Counted from the first letter of the stretch, positions 1 to 11,756 are shown. The stretch is DNA of 64,000 bases from Azolla caroliniana (GCA_043228905.1 JBHGNT010000020.1:7440001-7504000), one strand, 5' to 3'. Translations and numbers: made by a program. Notes: generated by a model not told the origin, from the letters alone.

Positions 1-41
1 CGACTTACAGTCGATGCTCCTGGTAGAGGAGAACCACGCGG

Positions 42-1349
42 GTGCGTGGACGAGCACGTACACCGACAGCAAGATGTTGTACACGGAGGGAGAAAGGCCC
101 CGTTGTCGTGGCGGACGAGGCGAGTCGGTACGCAATGGAAGCGGCCGACGAGATCAAGGAAGAAGGCACCGAAGTGATGCCGACAGCAACTCCGAACCCT
201 CCGGAAATAGGGGGGAGTCGAAGCGATGAGAACCGGCAAGTGAAGGCCATCGCGGAGTGCTGGTACTGTGGCAAGAAAGACCACAGGGAAAGCGAGTGCT
301 GGAAGAAGCGCGCCGATTTGGAGAGAACCGGTTCCGGAAACAGGTCCGAACATACCGACAAGGGAAATCGGCAGCGATCGCACTACGCCGAAGACTCCGG
401 GAGAGACGGAGAAGGGTTTTTCTTCGTGACGAGACACGAAGCAAAGTCAATGAAACAAAACACCCCGAGATCGGACGAGGTGTGGTATGTAGACTCCGGC
501 GCGTCAAACCACATGACGAGCCATAAGGAGTGGTTCTCGTACCTTGAAAAACCGATACAACCTGGAGTAGTCGCAACAGGAGACGACACTCTGCATCCGA
601 TCATGAATGTCGGAGAAGTTCCCCTTAGCCATGTCAGGTAGAAAGGGAAACTCATGAACGTGCTGCACGTTCCGACAATCACGAAGAACTTGGTCTCGGT
701 CGGATAGATCGTCGACCAAGGGATGAAGGTTCGGTTTACACACCTCGGGTGCTTCATTGAGGAAGAAGGCCGTGTGATTGCGCAAGGGCGTAGAGACGGG
801 AGGATGTTCATCCTCGACTCCACTGACGGCGGCACCGCAATGTTCGCGAAGGGACAAAAGACCGAGTCGGACATCGACTTGTGGCACAAGCGTATAGGCC
901 ACGTCAACTACCAGCGGCTTCAAGATCTGCAATCGAAACAGGTAGTGTTCGGATTGCCCAAATTTAGTGGCCGAAAGGCACAAGTTTGTGAAGCCTGCCA
1001 GCTCGGGAAGCAACACCGACTTCCTTTCCCCAACGAGCGAAACCGGAGCCGGAACAAGCTCAACCTTATACACTCCGATGTATGGGGGCCGGCACAAAAC
1101 GTTAGTCTTGGCGGGAGCCGATATTTCGTCTCCTTCATCGACGACCACACGCGGCACACGTGGATCTACCTCATTGAGAGGAAGAGCGAAGTCTTCGATT
1201 GTTTCCGGGACCTCAAAGGGTTCGTGGAAACGGAAACGGGACGAAAGATCAAGTGTCTGCGGTCGGATGGCGGGAAAGAGTACTTTTCCGATCAATTCAA
1301 CGGTTACCTACAACAAATGGGAATTCTCCGCGAATTCAGTTGTAGATAC
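42..1349 (+). pseudogene. copia A gag-protease-integrase N-part (degenerate)
   Basis: ORFs 42..641 and 723..1349 separated by TAG stops; ends at the insertion site of B in REFSCRY. Confidence 0.92.
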
Positions 1350-2179
1350 TGTTGGGAGACAGGTCCCTCCGGATGGGAAGGGAGAAGAACAGTGCCGACG
1401 AACAATCTCGGCCGAGGCCGAAATCGGAAGAGGAGTACCCGGCTACGGAGAGCCGGATGATACAGACCCGGTATGAACCGGATGAGGAGTACCCGGCTAC
1501 GGAGAGCCGGATGATACAGACCCGGTATGAACCGGATGAGGAGTACCTGGCTACGGAGAGCCGGATGGTGTAGACCCGGTATGAACCGGATGAGGAGTAC
1601 CTGGCTACGGAGAGCCGGATGGTGCAGACCCGGTATGAACCGGATGAGGAGTACCCGGCTACGGAGAGCCGGATGATATAGACCCGGTATGAACCGGATG
1701 AAGAGACATATTCGTAAATATGTTTCTGAGAGTCCATCGAGGCTATATTTGTAAATAGCCGAAAAGTCATATTGGTATAAATATGACTTAGGGCAAACTT
1801 TTAGTAAGTGTTGATAGTGGTTGTCATTCTTGTTGGTGCAAGAATAGAGCGTGTGTGTAACTATACAGAGAGAGAGAGAGAGAGAGAGAGAGTGAAAGAG
1901 GTCGCTGCCTCTGTTGTAACTGCCGCCTGTGGCGAAGATCTGTGAGCACGAGGTCGTTGCCTCAGTGAACTCACTGTTGTACATTCTTACATAGTGACAG
2001 TTTGTAGCCTGTGGGCTGCCGTGGTTTTTCCCCTAGTTTGGGGTTTTCCACGTAAACCTCCTGTGTATATTTGTTTCTTCTCTCCTTTGTGTCGTGCATT
2101 TGTTCCCCATTTTCTGCATATGAAAAGAAGCTCGGTTGTGGCCGAGCGTTGGACATAAGGAGCGTTTGAGTTCCCGTCA
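1350..2179 (+). repeat. 5' LTR of element B (830 bp)
   Basis: Starts TGTTGGG, ends CCCGTCA, followed by PBS; 1597-2179 matches 5976-6554. Confidence 0.95.
1430..1699 (+). repeat. 54-bp tandem repeat x5 inside the B LTR
   Basis: Unit GAGGAGTACCCGGCTACGGAGAGCCGGATGATACAGACCCGGTATGAACCGGAT at 1430, 1484, 1538, 1592, 1646. Confidence 0.97.
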
Positions 2180-2181
2180 AG

Positions 2182-2193
2182 TGGTATCAGAGC
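2182..2193 (+). promoter_or_regulatory. Primer-binding site (tRNA-iMet) of B
   Basis: TGGTATCAGAGC 2 nt after the LTR end. Confidence 0.95.
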
Positions 2194-2209
2194 GAAATCG
2201 ACACAGAAA

Positions 2210-5200
2210 ATGGACGAATCGTTTGGCGGCATGTTCAAGCTCACCGGCTCCAACTATTCAGTGTGGAAGTCGAAGATGAGGGACATGCTCGTGGTTAAAG
2301 ACCTCTGGCTGCCGGTTCAATTCGGGGACAAGAGACCGGACAAAATCGACGCCGCGATATGGGAGGTGATGCACATGAAGACAACGGCGTACATACGGTG
2401 CTTCATCGACATGAGCCTGTACAACAACTTCAATGAAGAGAGCAAGGCTCATGAGCTCTGGGAGAAGATCGGCATAATGTTTCAGAACAAAAATGTTGTC
2501 AATCAGGTGTCGGTATTCCGGAAGCTAGTAAGACTCCGGTACCAAGATGGCTCCAGCATGGCGGAGCACATGAATGCCTTCCAGGGGCTGATCCACCAGG
2601 CTACTTCATTGGAAGTACCTCTCGCCGATGAGGTACTAGCGCTACTCCTGCTCGGTTCCCTCCCGGATAGCTGGGAGACGTTGGTTGTTACTTTGGGCAA
2701 CGCCGGGCCGGAAGGAAAACGGTTATCCCTAGCAAGAGTAAAGTCGAGCTTGCTAGATGAGGAGGCGCATCGGAAGGATAAAGATACGAGCTCCGACTCC
2801 AAAGCGCTCCTTACCGAATCGGAACGCGGAAGACATAGAAACCGTAGTCCCCAGAACCGGGAGAAGTCGGGGACACGGTCAAAGTCAAGGGGGAGGCCCA
2901 CTTGCTTCTATTGCGGCAAGCCGGGTCACTTCCAAAAGAACTGTCGGCATTTCCGTAAAGACAAGGAAACCGATGGTACCGATTCGAAGCGGACCCCGGA
3001 CCGGAAGGGGCCGGACCGGAAGGGAACGACGGCAATCGCGGCAAGTGAAGAAGAGTTGATGCTCATCACCGAGGAGTGTGAGATAAACCTTGCCGGCGAC
3101 GAGATGACCTGGGTGGTAGACTCCGGAGCATCGTTCCACCTTACCCCGGACCGGAAATGCTTCTCATCCTACTCAGCCGGTGATCACGGCTGTGTCCGGA
3201 TGGGGAATGAAGGTACATGCCGAATTGTCGGCATAGGAGATGTGTGGCTGACAACACCAACCGGATGCAAGTTGCTGTTGAAGGATGTCCGACACGTTCC
3301 GGAAGTTCGTCTAAACCTGATATCAGCCGGTCGGCTAGATGATGAAGGCTACACGGGTAGCATCCGGAACGGTGTCATGAAGTTCAACAAAGGGAGCTTG
3401 ATTGTGGCTCGGGCCCGGAAGGTAAACACACTGTACCTGATGAATGCCCGGTTATGTCCGGAAGAAGTGAACGTGGCTTCCGACACTGCCGGTGAGCTAT
3501 GGCACAAGAGGCTGTGTCATATGAGCGAGAAGGGGATGAAGAGGCTTGCAGATGACAACCTCATTCCAGTGAAGAACGTGAACTTAGAGAAGTGCATTGA
3601 TTGTCTGGCCGGTAAGCAGAACCGGACCTCCTTCCGAGCAAGGCCACCGATGAGACGTAATGCACCACTAGAGTTGGTGCATACGGATGTGTGTCAAGTA
3701 GACACAAAGTCACACGCCGGAGCGCAGTACTTCGTGACGTTCATAGATGACCACCGCCGGAAGCTGTGGGCCACACCGTTGAAGACGAAGGATCATGTGT
3801 TATCCGTCTTCAAAGAGCTCCACGCAAGAGTGGAAAGAGAAACCGGCCGAAAGCTGAAGGCGGTTCGAGCAGACAATGGAGGAGAATACCGGGGGCAGTT
3901 CGAGGAGTACTGCCGCTCGAAGGGAATCCGGCTCGAATTTACCGTGCCGAAGACGCCGGAACTAAACGGACTGGCCGAGAGGATGAACCGGACCATAATG
4001 GAGAGGGTCCGGAGTATGCTAGCGCATGCAAAACTACCCAAGAAGTTTTGGGCTGAGGCATTGTCAACGGCGACATACGTGATAAACAGATCACCCTCAG
4101 TACCCTTGGACGGAGACACGTCATAGAGAGTATGGACCGATAAGGAAGTGTCCTACCGGCATCTGAAGGTGTTCGGGTGTCTCGCGTACGTGCATGTAGC
4201 TAAGGACCGGAGAGGAAAGCTAGATCCAAAGACTCGGCCATGCATATTCCTCGGTTACGGTGACGATGAGTTCGGCTACCGAGTGTGGGACCTGGTCGAC
4301 AAGAAGGTATTCCGGAGTTGAGATATTATCTTCATGGAGGACAAGACGCTCGCCGACTGGGAGTCGGAGAAGAAGATAATAAACTCTGAGTCGACCGGTA
4401 AGGATAGACTCTACGATGAGCAGACCCAACCGGCAAGAGACCGGTTAGCACTCGAGGAACCAGCCGGTTACGGTGAGGATACCGAACCGGCAGAAGAAGA
4501 AGTAGAGGAAGCTGAGACCGGAACCGGCCAAGACCCCGAATCGGATTCGGATGAAGAGCAAATGGAGGAGCCGGCTACCGAAGCCCAAAGACGGAGATAT
4601 CCTCTCAGAGAGAGAAGGGCCCCCCGGAGATATCCGGATGCAGAGCATGTTCTGCTGACCGATGAGGGGGAGCCGGAAAGCTTCAAAGAAGCGGAGGATG
4701 ACACCCACAGCCGAAAATGGTTAAGTGCCATGCAGGACGAGATGGATTCCCTGCATGAGAACCATACGTACGAATTGGTGGAGTTGCCGAAAGGAAAGCG
4801 AACACTCTGAAACAAGTGGGTGTACAAGTTGAAACCAGGAGATGCCGGCAACCCCCCGAGATACAAAGCCAGGATCGTGGTGAAGGGGTTCCAGCAGAAG
4901 AAGGGCGTGGACTTCGACGAGATATTTGCCCCGGTAGTAAAGATGACCTCCATCCGGACGGTGCTAAGTATAGTGACAAGCATGGACCTCGAGGTAGAGC
5001 AGCTAGACGTGAAGACGGCATTCCTTCACGGCGACCTCGAAGAAGGGATCTACATGCAGCAACTGGAAGGATTCGTGGAGAAAGAGAAGGAGCACCTGGT
5101 ATGCCGGTTGAAGAAGAGCCTGTACGGACTGAAGCAGGCTCCCCGACAGTGGTACCGGAAGTTCGACTCCTTCATGACCGATCAAGGGTACCACAAGACG

Positions 5201-5975
5201 CAGGCCGATCACTGCGTGTTTGTGAAGAAGTTTGAAGGAGGGGACTTCCTGATACTCCTTCTGTACGTGGATGACATGTTGATCATCGGACGTGACCAAG
5301 TCAAAATAAGGATGCTGAAGAAGGCTCTCAACCGGACCTTCTCAATGAAAGATTTGGGTCCGGCAAGACAGATGCTGGGGATGCATATCATTCGGGACCG
5401 GTCAAAGAAGCAATTATGGTTGTCATAGGAGAAGTACGTGACAAAGGTGCTTCACCGGTTCAACATGTCAGAAGCAAAACCGGTCAAATCGACACTTCCG
5501 GCAAACTGCAAGCTATCCGGTAAGCAAAGCCCGAAGACGAAAGCAGAGAAGTCGGATATGATGAAGATTCCATATGCCTCTGCTGTTGGGAGCTTGATGT
5601 ATGCAATGGTTTGTACCCGACCGGACATAGGATACGCAGTCGGAGTGGTGAGCCGGTTCATGAGCAATCCCGGCAAGGAGCACTGGAACGCGGTCAAATG
5701 GATACTCCGGTATTTGAAGGGCACTTCAAATATGTGTCTCCGATTCGGCTCCGGAAAACCTCAACTGGACGGTTTCACCGATTCGGACATGTTGGCTGAT
5801 GTGGATACCAGCCGGTCTACATCCGGGTATGTAATGGCATATGCAGGGGGAGCTATTTCGTGGCAGTCGAGGCTGCAGAAGACGGTTGCATTGTCAACCA
5901 CAGAGGCGGAGTACATGGCGGCTGTGGAGGCCGGCAAGGAAATATTATGGATGAAGGACTTCATCGAAGAGCTCG
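2210..5975 (+). pseudogene. copia B gag-pol (gag, ZnK, PR, IN, RT, truncated RNase H)
   Basis: ORFs 2210..4126, 4334..4810, 4820..5428, 5438..; in-frame stops; RNase H breaks off at WMKDFIEELG. Confidence 0.95.
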
Positions 5976-6554
5976 GTACCTGGCTACGGAGAGCCGGATG
6001 GTGCAGACCCGGTATGAACCGGATGAGGAGTACCCGGCTACGAAGAGCCGGATGATACAGACCCGGTATGAACCGGATGAAGAGACATATTCGTAAATAT
6101 GTTTCTGAGAGTCCATCGAGGCTATATTTGTAAATAGCCGAAAAGTCATATTGGTATAACTATGACTTAGGGCAAACTTTTAGTAAGTGTTGATAGTGGT
6201 TGTCATTCTTGTTGGTGCAATAATAGAGCGTGTGTGTAACTATACAGAGAGAGAGAGAGAGAGTGAGTGAAAGAGGTCGCTGCCTCTGTTGTAACCGCCG
6301 CCTGTGGCGAAGATCTGTGAGCACGAGGTCGTTGCCTCAGTGAACTCACTGTTGTACATTCTTACATAGTGACAGTTTGTAGCCTGTGGGCTGCCGTGGT
6401 TTTTCCCCTAGTTTGGGGTTTTCCACGTAAACCTCCCGTGTATATTTTTTTCTTCTCTCCTTTGTGTCGTGCATTTTTTCCCCGTTTTCTGCGTATGAAA
6501 AGAAGCTCGGTTGTGGCCAAGCGTTGGACATAAGGAGCGTTTGAGTTCCCGTCA
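5976..6554 (+). repeat. 3' LTR of B, 5'-truncated
   Basis: Matches 1597-2179; fused directly to RNase H with no PPT. Confidence 0.93.
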
Positions 6555-8983
6555 GATACACGCCAGAGCAAAACGGCGTGGCCGAGAGAAAGAATCGGTT
6601 AGTTGTGGAAGCGGCACGGGCAATGCTGGAGGAGAAGAGCTTGCCCAAGTTCTACTGGGCCGAGGCGGTAAGGACCGCGGTATACATCCAGAACCGGATT
6701 GGAGACAAAGTGTCGGCGCACGAGCTATATTTCGGAACGAAACCGAACTTGCGACACTTGAGGGTGTTCGGTAGCATTGCGTATGTGCATGTACCGAAGG
6801 AGAAAAGGAGGAAGCTAGACGCAAAGGCCGAGAAGTGCATCTTGGTAGGTTACTCGGACGAGCAGAAGGGTTATAAGTGTTATAACCCTCGCACCAAACA
6901 AGCGCGTGCCAGCCGCGATGTTGTGTTTGACGAGTCCGCGTCCTGGTACCTACCCCCGACTCGGAACCCCGTCTCCAATACGAGCTCTGACGATGAGGTC
7001 AGCGAGGCCGAGATGCCTCCGGATAAGCCCGAAATCGAGACCCGCGAAGAGAGTCCGATTTCACTCCGGTTAAGTGGACCGATTGGACGACTGAGTCGGT
7101 ACAACTAGTCCGATGAAGAACCGGCGAGTAGTGGAGACTCGGCCGTGCATTCCCCGTGCAGGAAGCCGAGGAGACGGCTTACGCGCAAAGAGAAAGGGAA
7201 GAAGAAGGTGTCGGATTCCGGCACGGAAAGGAACGAGTCAGACCGACGCGAGTCCGACTCCGAGGGAACCGGTGACAGGTCTTTAAAGGTGAAGATCGCG
7301 TCGACCGAGAAGGCCTCGACATCAGTTAATGTGAGATTACGCCGATCTACCCGCCAAAAGAACCCAGTTGTGCGGTTCGGATACAACGAGTATATGGCGC
7401 ATCATTATGCGTACATGACCCATGTAGCGGAAGTGCGTGAGCCGGAGAGCTACGCAGAAGCGGCTAAAGACGCGAATTGGCGTGCCGCGATGGAGGAAGA
7501 GATGCACGCATTGGCGGAGAACGAGACCTCGGACCTGGTTGACGCACCAAACGGGGTAAAACCGATCGGGTGTAGGTGGGTGTACAAGGTCAAGTACAAC
7601 ACCGATGGCTCGGTCAACCGGTACAAGGCTCGGCTAGTGGCAAAGGGCTACGCGCAGAAACACGGCATCGACTACGATGAGACGTTTGCGCCAGTTGCGA
7701 AAATGACGACCGTCCGTGTTTTGCTGGCAGTAGCTGTGGCGAAGGGGTGGCACTTACATCAGATGGATGTAAAGAATGCATTCCTGCAAGGTGACCTTGA
7801 GGAACAGGTGTACATGGTACAGCCCCCCGGATTTCACTCCGGAACAAACTCCTCAGCAGTATGCCGACTGAAGAAGTCCCTTTACGGACTGAAGCAAGCC
7901 CCGCGTGCTTGGAACGCGAAGATCACACAACAACTGCGTTGGATGGGCTTCGTCACGACAAAATCGGACTCTTCCCTGTTCATCCGGAAAGGTCGACTCG
8001 GACCGGTTAGTATTCTACTATATGTTGATGACTTGGTCATCACCAGCGCCGACCTAGGTGAAATCGACCGCGTGAAGCTTCAACTTGCGGCATCGTTCGA
8101 CATGAAGGATCTGGGGGACCTTCATTACTTCCTCGGGATTTAAGTGATCCGTACCCCCGAAGGCATATTGATCAGCCAACGTCACTACATGCTGGGTAAG
8201 ACCGTCTCGACTCCTCTGGACAGAACTGTCAAGCTTCGTCCCGATACGGGAAAGGTATGCGACCCGACGAGGTTCCGACAAATTGTCGGAAGCCTCATAT
8301 ACTTGACCATCACCCGACCCGACCTCAGTTATCCGATTGGGGTGATCAATCAGTTCATGGCACGACCTACCGAGGAGCACCTTCAGTGTGCGCAACGCGT
8401 ACTTCGGTATGTAAGCGGCACTAAGGACCTCGGACTGCTATATCGGACCGGTGCAGCCGCGCAGTTAGTCGGCTACACCGATGCTGATTGGGTTGGCAAC
8501 GCCGCCAATCGCCGATCCACGTCTGGATACGCGTTCTCCCTCGGGAGTGTCGCGATCGCATGGAGCAGTAAGAAGCAGCCGACAGTTGCCCTGTCGAGCA
8601 CCGAAGCTGAGTACAGAGGAGCGGCTGTCGCGACATGCGAAGCCATATGGTTGAAGCGGCTTCTTAAGGACCTGCAAGAGCAGGTGACCGATCCAATGAC
8701 GATCTACTACGACAACTTAAGCAGTATCCAACTCGCGAAGAACCCCGTCTTCCACACACGGATCAAGCACATTGAGGTGCACTACCATTTCGTCCGTGAG
8801 CGTGTCCTTTCCGGCGAAATCGAACTTCAGTACGTTCCGACGGATCGGCAGACTGCCGACATCTTCACCAAGCCTCTTGGTCTGGACAAGTTGCGGCAAT
8901 TCTCAGGTGCGCTCGGGTTACGTCACCTTGACATGCCGAACTTGAGGGGGAGAACAGTCCCGAACGACCAAGCAAGGCAGTAG
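6555..8983 (+). pseudogene. copia A integrase C-part, RT, RNase H
   Basis: ORFs 6578..7108, 7145..8143, 8144..8983 with copia RT/RNase H motifs. Confidence 0.94.
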
Positions 8984-9453
8984 GAAAGGAGCGGACACGC
9001 GACACCGAGTCGGTTGACAAGTTCGACATCGGATCGGCTGAAGAAGCCGAGGGCGGACCCGCGGAAAAGTTCGGAAGCAGACAGAAGGGGAGCAACCGAG
9101 GGAGAGAGCCGAAGCCAACCACGCATGGGGAAGATGACGCCATCGAAGGCGAGAAAACCGAAGACGAGTTGGAGACAGCCAACTCGGACGAGAGCGAAGA
9201 CCGATCGGAGGTAGCCGAGTCGGTTCGGATGTTTGATTCAGACACGCTGAATCAACCGAGGCCCAAGCGGAAGAAAAGGCAGCAAGAGAAGCGTCAACAC
9301 CGCAACAGCAGAAAAGCTGATAAGGGCCGCATGAGCAGACAAGCCGACCGGAAGGGTCAAAGCGCGCGGAGTCGAACAGATCGAGGAGTGCGAGCGAGGC
9401 GTGAAGCCAGGAGGAACCGGTGCTGTGAAGATCCCGAAGAGCCTCAAGTTGAG

Positions 9454-9465
9454 CTTGAGGGGGAG
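9454..9465 (+). promoter_or_regulatory. Polypurine tract of A
   Basis: CTTGAGGGGGAG immediately before the LTR start TGTTG. Confidence 0.9.
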
Positions 9466-9851
9466 TGTTGAGAGACAAGCTCAACATCGGCCGGATTGGC
9501 TGAAGAAGCCGAGGACCGGATCGGTTGGGACCGATCGGTTAGGCCGAGTACGTAAACCGGGAGGTCATTAGGAAAGATATTCCGTGAGGAATATATTTGG
9601 GAGTTAGTGTAGGGGCTCTTGATGAGCATTGAAGTACTGTCAGTACTTCGATCAGTCCTTCTAGGACTTGTATAAAAGTGCTCACTGAGCACGTCTTATG
9701 TACAGACTTGAGTATTATTATTGAATATAGTTTTTGTGTCTACTCTCTCTGTCTCTCCCGCGTATACCGTGTAAGCCCAAGCTCTCCATTGAACCTGAGT
9801 TTCCTTCCTCTGTTCTGTCTTCATACCTGCTTCCGCACGCTACTTTCTACA
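9466..9851 (+). repeat. 3' LTR of element A (386 bp)
   Basis: TGTTGAG...TTCTACA; homologous to the LTRs of C (reverse complement). Confidence 0.92.
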
Positions 9852-10140
9852 AAGCTTTATTACTTTTGTGTGGGGTAACAATACCATAATCCATTTTAAC
9901 ATCTAAGACAACCACCAATTAATCTCTAGTCACTCTTTCTTATTTTAAACAAACCAGGTTGTGGTCTCACTCATTTACTCCTCAAAATTGTGATCGTTGT
10001 AAGAAACATGGAGTCAAAAAATACATTTAAAATAATTTTTGTATTAAAGTACTCTATTAATTGAACACTAATACATAATTTCCAAAATTTGATTGTAACT
10101 TGCCTATTAGACTGAGATTTTCGCAACATCCTCGTCTCCA

Positions 10141-10694
10141 ACTCCAACAACTTTGCCCTAAACCGCAATCATATAAAAAATGTTATTGGTGAGCTTTAAA
10201 AGAAAACAAATAACTCGGAAATGGACAATGGTCCAGCACGTACGGTTGCGGATTGAATAAAGTTTTTAAAAAACTCTGCGCAGGACCAAAAGAATATGTT
10301 GTCTAATTTAAGAGGGGCAAAGATAATGTTCTCTAAAATTGTCTATATGGTGTATTAGGTCACAATGGCAACTTTCCAGTTTGATCATTTTCAAAGTTGG
10401 TACGGTATGTTTTCGACAATTAATATACTTCTAGGAGCTCGTTTATATTATCATAATGGCATCCTCTATTTTTATGAAGTTTTGGACAATGATAGGTTGA
10501 TACTAGTGGGGGAGGAGTCTCCAATTATGTCTTATGCGAAGCAGCTACCAGTGAAAGTAATTTGGCAAAATTGCTCAAGAGTTCAGAACCACCAATTCTT
10601 TCAACTGATATACATCTTTCGACACCAACCATTGGAATTCATCGGCAAAGTTTCGATCATATTGCAGGGATTTCTAAAGGTGGTATTTTGGTGA
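10141..10694 (+). pseudogene. Possible decayed LINE ORF1 (DUF4283-like) fragment
   Basis: Stop-interrupted frame continuing into ORF 10365..10694 with a loosely DUF4283-like pattern; resemblance is weak. Confidence 0.25.
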
Positions 10695-11756
10695 ACATTG
10701 GAAGCGGGGTTGAGGCGTGTTGTGGAGAAGCTGGCTAATCAAAATGAGAGACAGAATGCTTAGTAATATATGTGGTATAGACTCCATTGATAAAGGTCAT
10801 TGGTTGTAATTCCTTTATTGATATGGATGTTAAATGTGATTGGATTGATGAAGCTACATGACTATTCAAGAGTTTTCTAGTTAAATATGTTGCACTATTC
10901 ATTGTAATAGTGGATTGTTTTGTATATTGACTTTGGCCACTTTAAGTTTAATACCAATGGAGGATATTGTTTTTGAAAAAAAAAAGAAAAAAACTAAATA
11001 TATACATAGTATATATTTTTTAGTTGACAAATACCTAGACAAAGAGGGGACTAGTTGTGTGATGGTAGTATTATGGCAGTCTGTTTATTTCTGTGTTTTC
11101 CTATTGCTATGAGGGCTCCGTCAGCATTTGTGATCACATTTCTCCATCTGTTTGAATTTTGGTGCAAAACTCAAGATGATGAGGAGTATATTGACATTAA
11201 ACTCTTGGACATGAATGCACAAAACCCATGTTCCACTTTTTGTGTGCCCAAATTCAAAATTTTGGGAATTTTAGCTAATAGATATGGTCATTTTAGCTAC
11301 ATGCTCGCTATAATAGTGTTTCCGTTACCATGCTTTCACCCATTCGTGGTGTCTCGAATGTTTAGGGCATCTTTGAAAATCATAGCAAGGATAAAAGTAA
11401 GGAATACCATTTACATAATTATCAATTAATATAGGTCATATATATTTAAGGTCATAGTGTAATTTGAGGAAATGATTGGCCTAAAATTAAACATGGCCAT
11501 TTTTATAACTATTGAAAGAAGGCGGTAGAAACTTCTTGAAAGTTCTAGAGAAGCCTAGAAGCATCTCAACCACCCTAATGAGGTTGGTGAGTAGCCTATA
11601 AAAACCACTTGGGGAGGGAGAGGGAAAGTTAATGAATGAAGAAAGCAATCAATCAAGGGGTGAAGAAGGGGAATAATGTATCACAAGAGTTTTCTCCATA
11701 AGGTGTCAATCAAGAGTTCAAATCTCCCTTTCTACACATGTATGAGAGATTATTTC

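Larger units (their letters stand above)
1350..6554 (+). mobile_element. Ty1/copia LTR retrotransposon B (Tnt1/Tork-like), nested in the integrase of A
   Basis: TG...CA ends; 5-bp TSD GATAC at 1345-1349 and 6555-6559; PBS; gag-pol with Tnt1-like motifs (PYASAVGSLMYAMVCTRPDI). Confidence 0.97.
1..9851 (+). mobile_element. Ty1/copia LTR retrotransposon A (5' end outside window), interrupted by element B
   Basis: Gag zinc knuckle CWYCGKKDHRESEC, protease WYVDSGASNHM, GAG-pre-integrase LWHKRIGH, integrase HSDVWGP...RSDGGKEY resuming at 6555 (TPEQNGVAERKN), RT ([16 protein letters not shown]), RNase H (KHIEVHYHFVRE), PPT and 3' LTR; several premature stops. Confidence 0.97.

Noticed and set aside
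1386-1403. Similarity of B LTR AGAACAGTGCCGACGAAC to the A post-PPT sequence AGAACAGTCCCGAACGAC (8951)
   Set aside because: Too short in purine-rich context to distinguish from chance
1304-1984. 226-aa antisense ORF with repeated LLIRFIPGLYHPALRSRV
   Set aside because: By-product of the 54-bp LTR tandem array and AG microsatellite; no independent coding evidence
11430-11756. LTR-like segment (TCTAGA-rich motifs, TATAAAA)
   Set aside because: Could not define TG/CA ends, a partner LTR or a TSD
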